A stretch of 64,000 nucleotides of DNA, from NCBI GenBank assembly GCA_963762255.1, contig CAVXKA010000003.1, forward strand, positions 320,001 through 384,000, given 5' to 3'. This DNA is from Candidatus Eiseniibacteriota bacterium (GTDB lineage Bacteria > Eisenbacteria > RBG-16-71-46 > JABDJR01). The number at the start of each line of letters is the position of its first letter. Position 1 is the stretch's first letter. A program made the translations under genes and the position numbers. Below the pieces are notes generated by a model that did no database searches, was not told where the DNA came from, and was given only the letters and a program-made list of their open reading frames with translations. Of the stretch, positions 43,139 through 52,496 are shown piece by piece.

Positions 43139-46100
43139 ATGCTTGCCAACGGGCTCGCTTCCTCGGCCTCCATCCCCTCTCGGGTCTGGATCCTCGGCGC
43201 CCTGATCGGCGCCTTGGCCGCCGCCGCCGTCCCCGCCGAGAGCGCCATCACCGTCGGCCCCGGTCCCGCCCTCGGAACCGACCGCGCGGGCGTGACATGG
43301 TATCAGGATTTCCAGGACTGGACCCACTCCGACCTGCGGGCGCTGGACGACGCCGGGCTCGGAGACGCCGTCTACGCCTTCTCGGACGGCTACGACGACT
43401 CGCGGGACATGATCGCGTTCTACTACCGTGCGGAGGGCGACTATCTCTACTTCCGCGCCGACCTCTACGACCTCGTCCTGGGAGCCGAGCAGAGCAACCT
43501 CAACCTCTACGTCGCCATCGATTGGCGCACCGGGGGCCAGGCCTGGCTCCCCGACTTTCTCGATGTCCAGACCGACACGCCGTGGGAGGCGTGTCTCGCG
43601 ATCTACCAGAGCGGGACGACGCTGGGCTCGAGCTACAACCTCTGGGACGAGAACTTCAACGTCCTTTCCGGCGGGTATACCGGCGCCTACTTCAACTCGC
43701 AGATCGACGCGGTCGAGTTCGGCCTCCAGCGCGCCAAGCTCACCGCTCTGGGGTGGGATGGAGTGAGCGTCCTTCGCTTCCAGGTCTTCACGACGAAGGA
43801 CAACACCGAGACCTCATGCAGTGGCGGCGGGCGCTCCAGCGACATCACCGACAGCATCGTGGACGACGACCGGGGATGCTCGGACGGCGTGCTCAACGGG
43901 AGCATCTCGTCCACCGACGTCGCCGGGCTCGTCACCTACGCCTCCATCGCCCACGGTAACCAGTCGGTGAACCGGGCCGGGGACATCGGGGCTCACATCT
44001 ACGATCCGCAGTCCAGTACCGGCATCTCCGGAGGCACCGGGTTCCTGCGCACGCTCGATACCCACGAGATCTTCAAGGTCCCGCTCAACATCCATCCCAG
44101 CGGAACCCTGACCATTGCCTGCAACTGGGCGACCCGGCCGACGGGGCCGGCGGATCCACAGGACGGCCCCGCGTTCCTCGCCCGAATCCGGGAATTCGTC
44201 GACAACGATCAATCACAGAGCCCGGGTTCGCTCCTCGGCGGGGTGCTTGCCGAGCACATCCTGCCCTACTTCGAGGGGGAGGTGAACGCGGCCTCGATCG
44301 CGGTGACCGACAGCCTCAACCGCGCGGTCTACGGCCGGACGGCGGCCGAGGTGCAGGTGATGCACACGCCGGAGCGCGTGATCCGCTCGCAGTCGACCGG
44401 CTACTCGCCGCTCGACGGGCACACGTTCGAGGACATCGTCGCGAGCCCCTATGTCGCGACCTATCTCGACGAGATCACCCACCTCCATGGGTGGTTCTAT
44501 CCCGGCGAGTCCTGCCAGCCCGACCAGGGCTACCGGCACAAGCTGCACAAGATCAACGGCGTCTACTGCTTCATGATCAACGACCGCGAGGACCAGGGGA
44601 AGTTCGGGAACCACGACGGCGGCATGGTCATGGACACGCGCTACAGCCTGCTCCAGAAGTCGCTCTACGGAAACTCGAGCGAGATCGTCGTCGTGTTCGA
44701 CGACTGGGAGGCGCTGGCCGGGAAGTCGTTCGATCCCAACGCGGGAACCCCGATCCCCAACAACAACCCGAACCAGTACCACAACACGATCCGCTGGGCG
44801 GCCAACCATCCCTGGATCCGCATCTCGAACCTGAAGGACATCCTGGCCACGGCCCTTGCCAGCCCCTCGGCGTTCGTGATCGATCACGGCTTCCGGTACG
44901 ACCTCGGCATCCAGACCTACGAATGGCTCAAGCACGCCTCCGAGAACTCGTACAACTACTGGTACTACAACCAGAATGCCGGGTTCACCGGCAACGAGCA
45001 GGATTTCTACAACCTGGTGCCGGTGATCACCGGCCCGCAGGGGGACTATCACTCGCGCGGCGCCACACCCGCCAACGATGGGCCGCCGCTTCCGGGTGGC
45101 ATGAAGCACGGCGATCTCAACTCGCCGGGAACGCTCATGTACGAGGCGTGGCATGCGGTGGACGACGCGCCGGCGGGCCGACTCAGGGATCTCGGCGTGT
45201 GGTCCTACCTCGCCATGATCTACGAAACCGCGTGGCACGAGGAAGACCAGGTCGACTACTCCGACACCGACTGCTATGGCAACTGGATCCATCCCGACAA
45301 CTCGTGGGACGGGGTGAACACGTGGGCGTTGCGGCTTCAGAACCACGTCCGCGGGGCGGGCTTCTATTCCGCGGCAGCCCAATGGGCGGAGGATGCCAAG
45401 AACGGGTTGGTCGGGCCGGCAACCGGCGCCACCACGGCCGATCTCGACTTCGACGGCGAGAACGAGTACGTGATCCGCAACAGCCGAGTGTGGCTGGCGT
45501 TCGAGAAGTACGGCGCCCGTTGCGTACTGGCCGCGGCTTACGATCCGGTGACGCACGATGCGCAGGTGCTGGTGGGCGCCCCTCTGACCAATCCCTCGGC
45601 CCCGGGAGAGGAAGAGTATGTGGGGACCGCCGCGTTCCGTTGCTCCGCGTTCAAGGAGATGAACGGGGGCAGCTATGCCGACGCGGTGTACTCGGCCACT
45701 ACGGTCGCAGGAGGGTGGCGGTTCACGAGTCCCGACGGCGCGGTGGTCAAGACGATTACGGTGCCCGACGGGGGCTACGACGTGATCGCGGCCTACGCCG
45801 AGACGGTTTCAGGAAGCCTCTACGTCCGCCTCGGGCTGAACCCCAATCCGGGCGATCTCTTCCTGAACGGAGATGCGCACCTGACCGGAATCTACGACGG
45901 GACGTACAACACGTACACGCTGGCCAATTCCGCCGGAGGCGCGGTGCATCTGCGGCTCGGCGCCGCGAGCTTCAACGCATCCCCCGCCGACGCCGGCGCC
46001 AACCGCCGCAACCTCGCGCTGACCGAGCAGGTCGAGGTTTACGGCGACGGAGCGTTCACGCTCATCATGACTTTGATCCCGGGCCGCACCGAGACGACCG

Positions 46101-46402
46101 GCGTGACCGAGGCGGTGCGGCTCCCGGGCTTCACCGTCTTCGGGCCGTCGCCGTCACCGTCGCCGGCGTCGTCGATCCTGAGCTTCCGGCTCGACGAGAC
46201 CGCGGACGTCCGCATCGCGGTCGCCGACGTCTCCGGACGCGTGGTCCTGGTGCAGGAGTTGGGGCGGCGCGAGCCGGGCGAGACCTCGGTGCGCCTCACC
46301 CCACGAGGCACCGACGGCCGCGAGCTGCCCGCCGGCATCTACTTCGTGCGTGTCGACGCGGGGATGCTCTCGGCCACGCGCAAGTGGGTGATCGTGCAGT
46401 AG
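43139..46402 (+). CDS. secreted GH57-like glycoside hydrolase with C-terminal FlgD-Ig/T9SS-like domain
   Basis: Signal peptide; HGNQ, HTPERV and FDDWE resemble GH57 conserved regions; C-terminal DVSGRVV...GRELPAGIYFVRV...TRKWVIVQ. Confidence 0.65.
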   Translation: MLANGLASSASIPSRVWILGALIGALAAAAVPAESAITVGPGPALGTDRAGVTWYQDFQDWTHSDLRALDDAGLGDAVYAFSDGYDDSRDMIAFYYRAEGDYLYFRADLYDLVLGAEQSNLNLYVAIDWRTGGQAWLPDFLDVQTDTPWEACLAIYQSGTTLGSSYNLWDENFNVLSGGYTGAYFNSQIDAVEFGLQRAKLTALGWDGVSVLRFQVFTTKDNTETSCSGGGRSSDITDSIVDDDRGCSDGVLNGSISSTDVAGLVTYASIAHGNQSVNRAGDIGAHIYDPQSSTGISGGTGFLRTLDTHEIFKVPLNIHPSGTLTIACNWATRPTGPADPQDGPAFLARIREFVDNDQSQSPGSLLGGVLAEHILPYFEGEVNAASIAVTDSLNRAVYGRTAAEVQVMHTPERVIRSQSTGYSPLDGHTFEDIVASPYVATYLDEITHLHGWFYPGESCQPDQGYRHKLHKINGVYCFMINDREDQGKFGNHDGGMVMDTRYSLLQKSLYGNSSEIVVVFDDWEALAGKSFDPNAGTPIPNNNPNQYHNTIRWAANHPWIRISNLKDILATALASPSAFVIDHGFRYDLGIQTYEWLKHASENSYNYWYYNQNAGFTGNEQDFYNLVPVITGPQGDYHSRGATPANDGPPLPGGMKHGDLNSPGTLMYEAWHAVDDAPAGRLRDLGVWSYLAMIYETAWHEEDQVDYSDTDCYGNWIHPDNSWDGVNTWALRLQNHVRGAGFYSAAAQWAEDAKNGLVGPATGATTADLDFDGENEYVIRNSRVWLAFEKYGARCVLAAAYDPVTHDAQVLVGAPLTNPSAPGEEEYVGTAAFRCSAFKEMNGGSYADAVYSATTVAGGWRFTSPDGAVVKTITVPDGGYDVIAAYAETVSGSLYVRLGLNPNPGDLFLNGDAHLTGIYDGTYNTYTLANSAGGAVHLRLGAASFNASPADAGANRRNLALTEQVEVYGDGAFTLIMTLIPGRTETTGVTEAVRLPGFTVFGPSPSPSPASSILSFRLDETADVRIAVADVSGRVVLVQELGRREPGETSVRLTPRGTDGRELPAGIYFVRVDAGMLSATRKWVIVQ

Positions 46403-46433
46403 GGATCCCGCTGTGGCGCTTGCGCGCCGCAGA

Positions 46434-48251
46434 TCAGGGGCGCGGGGCGAGGTAGAGATCGCCGACCACGGAGGGCTTCTCGCCCACCGGGCCCATGAAA
46501 CTGCGCACGACGAACATCGCCCGCAAGTGCTCGCTCTCGGCGGTGAGCCGCATCATGGGAGCGGGTAACGAAGGACCGCCCGACGTGTCGCGACGATACG
46601 CGCGCGCCGCCTCGATCATGCCGTCCACCGGAAGGGTGAGCACCGAGTCGCCGTCGGCGAGGACCACGAACGCGCGCCGATCTCCGTCGTAGTCGAACAG
46701 GAATCGCCGGCCATCGGCTGCGAACTCCGCAGGGAGCGACCGCTCCACGCGGCAGGCGTATGCGTAGCCAGTGATAGGAACCGCGGTCGAATCCGCCTCC
46801 GCGATGAGATTCACCGACGGGCCCGAAGCGCCCTCGGGCAGAACCTCCCACCGGCCCACGTACTCGAGGCCCAGCCGCCCCATGGCCACCGACGCGGCCC
46901 GCACCTGCGGGGGGCCGTCCTCCAGCCGCCCCTTCGTCTCGTCCCCCACCGCCGGCGCCGGCAAGTCGCCGAACCACGGCCGCAATGTCCCCGCCCCGTG
47001 CACGTCCACCAGGTACTCGAGAACCCCGCTCAACTCGCGCCGTGTCTCGAACGAGACCGAATCGGCGGCCGTGGCCGGACGGATCGCGGTTCCCGTCCAG
47101 AGCCCGTTCGCGGTGAGCAGGTGATCGAGCCGCGCCTCCTGGCTTCGGCGCGATACCGCGTACGCACCCCAAGGTCCGAGAGATGTGACGAGCGCAAGCA
47201 CCGCGAGCGTCGCCGGCACGACCTTGATGTTGCCGGGACGGCGCACGGTGAAGTAGACGGCGATTGCGGCGAGCCAGAGGGCGAGCACGATCAGGAAGTA
47301 GCGGTTCTCGGTGATGCCGTACTGATCGACCCGCTTCCAGATCGCCAGAAGGAGCATGGCGATCGACGGCAGGAGCGCGATGTAGAAACCGCGCGCGTAG
47401 GTTCGCACCCAGCGGTTCTCGGGCCGGTCCTGGATGGGGTGCACGAGCAGGAGCGAGAGCATGCCCACCACGGCCACGCACGACACGAGGTACCCGATCC
47501 AACCGCTCGGCCACACCCCGGTGGCGATGATGCGCATCATGTAAGCGGTGAGGATCACGATGTAGACCGCGACGATCGGAGTGAGGATGTACTGGCTGAA
47601 GAGCTTGAGCCCGGGCGGGTAGTCCTCGCGGCGGTCCAGGGCGGGAAGATCGGCGGGCACTCCTCCCAGGAAGAACCACGTGTTGAAGACGAACGCGATG
47701 ATGACGAAGAGCCTCGGATAGATGGTTTCCTCGAAGTCGACGCCCAGCAACTTGTCGAGGGCCAGCAGAGCGATCGCGAGCCCGGCGAAGAGCACCCCGG
47801 AGTAGAGGGCCGATGTGAGCGCGCGCATGAAGAGCGCCCGGTTGAATTGCCAGAAGCCGTTGCGCTCGCCGGGGACCATGAAGGGAAGGTAGGCGACAAG
47901 CAGGTGGAAACCGACCGCGAGCTGCACGGTGCGACGGAATCGGATCCCCTCGGACCAGTGAGGCCAGAGCAGAAAGAAGGCGATCAGCACCACCAGCGCG
48001 ATCAGGTGAGGCAGGATGACGAGGCGTCCCCGGAGGCGCCGGCGCTCGCAGGAGAGCGTGACGACGATGAGGAGAGAAATACCGAGGGCGGCGGTGACCA
48101 GGGTGCGGATGAGATCGTCGTGGGGCGGGTGGTCGTCCATCGCCGCGACACCGGCGACGGCCGCGACGGCAGCCGAGACCAGCGCCGCCGGAAATCTCCA
48201 CAGCGTGGCCCGGGCACCGACGAGGATCAACTGCAGGGACGGGAAGCGCAT
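46434..48251 (-). CDS. DUF4153-family membrane protein
   Basis: Multiple TMs, FWQFN, IWKRVDQYGITENRY, GPWGAYAVSRRSQ. Confidence 0.8.
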   Translation of the reverse strand: MRFPSLQLILVGARATLWRFPAALVSAAVAAVAGVAAMDDHPPHDDLIRTLVTAALGISLLIVVTLSCERRRLRGRLVILPHLIALVVLIAFFLLWPHWSEGIRFRRTVQLAVGFHLLVAYLPFMVPGERNGFWQFNRALFMRALTSALYSGVLFAGLAIALLALDKLLGVDFEETIYPRLFVIIAFVFNTWFFLGGVPADLPALDRREDYPPGLKLFSQYILTPIVAVYIVILTAYMMRIIATGVWPSGWIGYLVSCVAVVGMLSLLLVHPIQDRPENRWVRTYARGFYIALLPSIAMLLLAIWKRVDQYGITENRYFLIVLALWLAAIAVYFTVRRPGNIKVVPATLAVLALVTSLGPWGAYAVSRRSQEARLDHLLTANGLWTGTAIRPATAADSVSFETRRELSGVLEYLVDVHGAGTLRPWFGDLPAPAVGDETKGRLEDGPPQVRAASVAMGRLGLEYVGRWEVLPEGASGPSVNLIAEADSTAVPITGYAYACRVERSLPAEFAADGRRFLFDYDGDRRAFVVLADGDSVLTLPVDGMIEAARAYRRDTSGGPSLPAPMMRLTAESEHLRAMFVVRSFMGPVGEKPSVVGDLYLAPRP

Positions 48252-48272
48252 CGCACCCCCATCGCGTTCAAG

Positions 48273-48363
<91 letters not shown>

Positions 48364-48461
48364 GCAAGAACGCGCCGTTGGCTGAACCAAAAATGGGCAC
48401 GGAAAACTACCATACCCTTGTCCGGATTGGCAACCGAGGGGCAGGGCACTGCCGGGATCGA

Positions 48462-48809
48462 TCAGGCGGGGATCGGTTCGTGCATCTCGCCGTTGGGGTA
48501 GTACGTGCGGTCGAAGACGATCACATGCTTCGTCTCGTCCTCGACCATCATGCGCACCCAGTGCTTGGCGTCGGGCGCGATCACGTAGAGCCGCTCGCTC
48601 AGCCGCTCCGCGGCATCGTAATTATCGATAGGGACCCAGGCCCCCCAGAGGGCGTCCGTGCTGTGAACATGGGCGGTGTAATCGGATTCTTCCATCAGAG
48701 ACCGCAGCCCCGCGAACACGGTCTGGCAGTCCTCGGACTGAATGCAGATCGTGTAGTTGCCGCGGAGCGCGCAGGCCCGGTAGTCGCAAGGCTTCTGGCT
48801 CTTTCCCAT
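48462..48809 (-). CDS. hypothetical protein (115 aa)
   Basis: GGAGGGG RBS then MGKSQKPC...; lower-GC upstream region; no recognisable motif. Confidence 0.55.
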   Translation of the reverse strand: MGKSQKPCDYRACALRGNYTICIQSEDCQTVFAGLRSLMEESDYTAHVHSTDALWGAWVPIDNYDAAERLSERLYVIAPDAKHWVRMMVEDETKHVIVFDRTYYPNGEMHEPIPA

Positions 48810-48918
48810 GTCGCATCCCCCTCCCACAATTCCACCTTCCAGCAAATATTCTGCCGTTTCTTCGGGGGGGATCTCTAGAACCTAATGTCGATACGAGTTA
48901 TCTACAATCGACAATGAC

Positions 48919-49075
48919 CTGGGATGCTCCCGCTCGGCGCTCCGCGCCTCGCAGGAGATCCCGCAACCGCAATGCAAGACCTTGGCGGAGGGACTGGGAT
49001 GCTCCCGCTCGGCGCTCCGCGCCTCGCAGGAGATCCCGCAACCGCAATGCAAGAACTTGGCGGAGGGACTGGGAT
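48919..49075 (-). repeat. 75-bp tandem repeat of tRNA-Ser(TGA) 3' end plus GNA-capped hairpin
   Basis: CTGGGAT at 48919, 48994 and 49069 (period 75); two near-identical units; distal unit truncated after ATCCCAG. Confidence 0.92.
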
Positions 49076-49145
49076 TCGAACCCAGGGAGCCTTTCGGCTC
49101 ATCGGTTTTCAAGACCGACGCCTTCGACCGCTCGGCCATCCCTCC
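49058..49145 (-). tRNA. tRNA-Ser(TGA)
   Basis: TCGGT CT TGA AA ACCGA anticodon arm, long variable arm, ends GCCA. Confidence 0.95.
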
Positions 49146-49342
49146 CGCAGGGGCCTTCGCCCACGAGGAACCGAAGCTTACCCCAGGGCGACCTCTCACG
49201 TCCCCGGGTCCGCGCCGCACTCGATCTGGTCGACGGTCGGGAACGCCTCTCCCCCCGCAACTTCCCGCGACGCGCTGCCCCCCCCCGCTAAACCGAAGTC
49301 CGGCGCGGAACTCCCCCTGCAGGTGTGATAGCCTCATCCGTC

Positions 49343-50089
49343 ATGAGCCCGCTGTATGACTGGGATGAGGGCGAGTTTCTCTCGCCCGAGGAGGAGAGGA
49401 TGATCGACGAACTCGAGGCCATGCTGCGCCCGCCCGTACTTCCGATGGCGCCCTACCCCGCCAAAGCCATCACGCTGGCCAGCGGCGAGATCATGGTCGT
49501 GCGCCAGGCTTCGGTGGACGAGGTCGACGCCATGCTGAGGTACATTCAGCCGCTTTCGTGGCTGAAACGTGACTTCTACGACATCGTGTCGGCAAGGCTC
49601 TTCGCAGAACTGCTCGGCTGGAAGACCTATCGTGTCCGCAACGAATACTGCCTGGTCGGCGTCATCGACGGCGTCTTGGCCGGCATCGTCAACGGCCGCA
49701 TGTTCGACGAACAGCACGGCATCAGCTACCACACGCTCGCGCTCAAGCGCGGGCTGCGCGTGGGCGCGCATCTCTTTGCGGCGAAGATGGAGCACCACAT
49801 CGAGTACCTCGGCCAGGATGAGGTGTGGATCGTCGCCGAGAGCCCGATCGGCCACCGGCGCTGGATGATCGAGTACCCGCTCGACACCAAGTTCGAGATC
49901 CAGCACGAGCTGGGCGGCGCACCGTCCTGGATGCTCTCCCGCGAGACCTACTTCAAGGCCAAGTCGCGATTGGTGAGCGGCACTCGCCCGGTGTCCGACG
50001 AACTCCTCGCCAAGTCCTATCCGCTCAAGGAGCCCGACCTGCGCACGATGCTCGTGCAGATCGACGACACGCTGGAGGCGCGGCTATGA
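49343..50089 (+). CDS. GNAT-fold N-acyltransferase-like protein
   Basis: Pattern VVRQAS...CLVGVIDGVLAGIV...LKRGLRVGAHL resembles GNAT motif A; ATGA overlap with the thiolase; start uncertain. Confidence 0.55.
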   Translation: MSPLYDWDEGEFLSPEEERMIDELEAMLRPPVLPMAPYPAKAITLASGEIMVVRQASVDEVDAMLRYIQPLSWLKRDFYDIVSARLFAELLGWKTYRVRNEYCLVGVIDGVLAGIVNGRMFDEQHGISYHTLALKRGLRVGAHLFAAKMEHHIEYLGQDEVWIVAESPIGHRRWMIEYPLDTKFEIQHELGGAPSWMLSRETYFKAKSRLVSGTRPVSDELLAKSYPLKEPDLRTMLVQIDDTLEARL

Positions 50090-51270
50090 GAGACGTCGCC
50101 ATCGTCGGAGTCGGATCGACGCAGTTCGGGCGGGCGCAGTGGAGCCTGCTCAAGATGATGGCCGAGGCGTCGAACGACGCGGTCAAGGACGCCGGCCTAG
50201 GCAAGAAGAAGATCGACGCGGTCTATGTGGCCAACATGGGCTCGGCGCGGAACAACCGGCAGGCCGGTCTCGCCAGCGCGCTGGTGGACCGCCTGAACCT
50301 CTACCCCGCCGCCGCCGACACCGTCGAGAACGGTCCGGCCTCCGGGGCATCTGCGGTCAAGAACGGGTTCTACGCGATCGCCTCCGGCATGTGCGATCTG
50401 GTGTTGGTCTGCGGCGGCGAGCGCATGCGCGAGGTGAACAATTTCGAGGCGACCGAGTTCGTCTCGTTCCTGTCCCACCGCTACGCCGAGTACGTCTACG
50501 GCATCACGCTGCCGTCGCTGGCCGGCATGTTCGCGCGGCTCTACATGCATCGTTACGGGGTCACCGCGGAGCATCTCGCGATGGTGGCGATCAAGAACCA
50601 CGCGAACGGGGTCCTCAACCCCAAGGCGCACCTGCGCGCCCCGATCACCATGGAGGGGATCCTCACCGGCCCCGACGCCATGATGAACAACCCGTGGGTG
50701 GCGGATCCGCTTCGCTTCTACGACTGCTGCCCGGTGAGCGACGGAGCCTCGGCGCTGTTGCTCGCACCTGCCGCGATGGCCAAGGAATTCGGCAAAGCCC
50801 CGGTCAAGATCGCCGGCATGGGCCAGGCCACCGACACCCAGACCGTCCACGAGCGGCCCGATCCGACCGAACTCACCGCGGTGCGGCTCGCCGCGGAGAA
50901 GGCGTTCAAGATGGCGGGGCTCGCGCCCAAGGACATCGGCGTGGCCGAGCTGCACGACGCCTTCACGATCCTCGAGATCGCGGAGAGCGAAGAGGCCGGA
51001 TTCTTCAAGAAGGGCCAGGGCCACAAGGCGCTGGAGCGCGGCGAGACCAAGATCGGCGGGAAGCTGCCGATCAACCCGTCCGGCGGGCTCAAGGCGCGTG
51101 GACATCCCGTCGGCAACACCGGCGTGTCGCAGATCGTGGAGCTGGTGCTGCAACTGCGCGGCGAGGCCGGCGACTATCAGGTTCCGAACAAGCCGAAGAA
51201 CGGTTTCGCGGTCAACTTCGGCGGGTTCGGCAATAACGTGCTCGCCACCGTGCTGCAAGGGGGGATGTGA
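50086..51270 (+). CDS. SCP2/archaeal-type thiolase-family protein lacking catalytic cysteines
   Basis: MRDVAIVGVG, KNHANGVLNP, CCPVSDGA, ELHDAF, INPSGGLKARGHPVG; nucleophile site reads VENGPASG. Confidence 0.88.
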   Translation: MRDVAIVGVGSTQFGRAQWSLLKMMAEASNDAVKDAGLGKKKIDAVYVANMGSARNNRQAGLASALVDRLNLYPAAADTVENGPASGASAVKNGFYAIASGMCDLVLVCGGERMREVNNFEATEFVSFLSHRYAEYVYGITLPSLAGMFARLYMHRYGVTAEHLAMVAIKNHANGVLNPKAHLRAPITMEGILTGPDAMMNNPWVADPLRFYDCCPVSDGASALLLAPAAMAKEFGKAPVKIAGMGQATDTQTVHERPDPTELTAVRLAAEKAFKMAGLAPKDIGVAELHDAFTILEIAESEEAGFFKKGQGHKALERGETKIGGKLPINPSGGLKARGHPVGNTGVSQIVELVLQLRGEAGDYQVPNKPKNGFAVNFGGFGNNVLATVLQGGM

Positions 51271-51271
51271 G

Positions 51272-51610
51272 ATGGCCCGCACCGTGGATGCCGCCAAGTG
51301 CAAGGGTTGCGGCAAGGTCTCCTATCCGATGCACTTCTACTGCCCCGCCTGCGGGGCCACGAAGTTCGAGCCGGTACCGGTGGAGGGAGAGGGGAAGCTC
51401 CTGACCTGGACGCGGGTGTATACCCTGCCCCTCGACTACTCCGATCTCTACATCACGCTCGGGATCGTGGAGCTGGACATGGGCGTGCGCGCCACCGGCC
51501 GCCTGGATATCGCCGAGCCCGAGATCGGTGCGCGGGTACGCGCGCGGGTCGGCAAGGTGCGCGAGATCAACGGCAACGATGTGACGGGTCTGATCTTCAG
51601 CACGGTGTGA
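51272..51610 (+). CDS. DUF35/ChsH2-like Zn-ribbon OB-fold thiolase partner
   Basis: KCKGCG...YCPACG, GEGKLLTWT, GIVELDMG; directly after the thiolase. Confidence 0.88.
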   Translation: MARTVDAAKCKGCGKVSYPMHFYCPACGATKFEPVPVEGEGKLLTWTRVYTLPLDYSDLYITLGIVELDMGVRATGRLDIAEPEIGARVRARVGKVREINGNDVTGLIFSTV

Positions 51611-51638
51611 CCGTCGGGCGCCGCGCGGGAGGGATACG

Positions 51639-52496
51639 ATGAGCAGCTTCCGCTATGAGCGGCCCGGGAGTGTCGCGCAAGCCACGGCGCTTCTGGCCGA
51701 AGCGCCCGGTCGGGCGCGCGTGCTGGCCGGGGGGACCGATCTCATGGTCGCCCTTCGCTCCGGCGCCGCGCGTCCCGAGCTGGTGGTGGACGTGAAGCGG
51801 ATCCCCGAGCTCTCGGAGATCCGCTGGACTCCTGAAGGCGCGCTTGTCTTGGGCGCGTGCGTGCTGGTGCAGGACGTCGCCATGGATCCGCGGATCCGTG
51901 AGACGTTTCCCGCGCTCTCCGAAGGCGCGCTCGCCATCGGATCGCTCCAGATCCGCTCGCGAGCGACGATCGGCGGCAATCTGGCCAATGCGTCGCCGTG
52001 CATGGACACCGCTCCCCCGCTGCTCATCCTGAACGCGCGGATCCGCGCGGCGGGCCCGCAGGGCGAACGCGAGATCCCGCTCGCCGAGTTCTTCCGCGGC
52101 GTGAAGCAGACGGCGCTCGCCGCCGACGAGATGCTCACGGCGGTGCTGGTGCCCAAGCCGCCTGCCGGGTTCCGCGCGGCATTCGACAAGATCAAGCGCG
52201 TCTACGGCCACGACCTGGCGCTGGTGAACGCGGCGGCGGGCTTCGACCCGGGCGCGGGCACGTTGCGCGCCGCCATCGGAAGCTGCGGCATCACCCCCGT
52301 GCTCACTCCCCTCCTCACCGGCATCGACCCGGCCGGCGACGCCCGGGAGGCAGGAACGCGCCTGGGGGCGCTGGCGCTCGAACACATCTGCCCCATCGAC
52401 GACGTGCGCTCCTCCGCCGAGTACCGGCGCGACATGACCGTCGCCCTCTGCCGGCGGATGGTGGCGCGGCTCCTCGGCGGGTCGAGGAAACGATGA
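51639..52496 (+). CDS. xanthine dehydrogenase family FAD-binding subunit (CoxM-like)
   Basis: LAGGTDL, QIRSRATIGGNLANASP, PIDDVRSSAEYR. Confidence 0.92.
   Translation: MSSFRYERPGSVAQATALLAEAPGRARVLAGGTDLMVALRSGAARPELVVDVKRIPELSEIRWTPEGALVLGACVLVQDVAMDPRIRETFPALSEGALAIGSLQIRSRATIGGNLANASPCMDTAPPLLILNARIRAAGPQGEREIPLAEFFRGVKQTALAADEMLTAVLVPKPPAGFRAAFDKIKRVYGHDLALVNAAAGFDPGAGTLRAAIGSCGITPVLTPLLTGIDPAGDAREAGTRLGALALEHICPIDDVRSSAEYRRDMTVALCRRMVARLLGGSRKR

Noticed and set aside
48919-49075. Tandem repeats as a CRISPR array
   Set aside because: Units are near-identical over their whole length with no unique spacers, include a tRNA 3' end, and no cas genes are nearby
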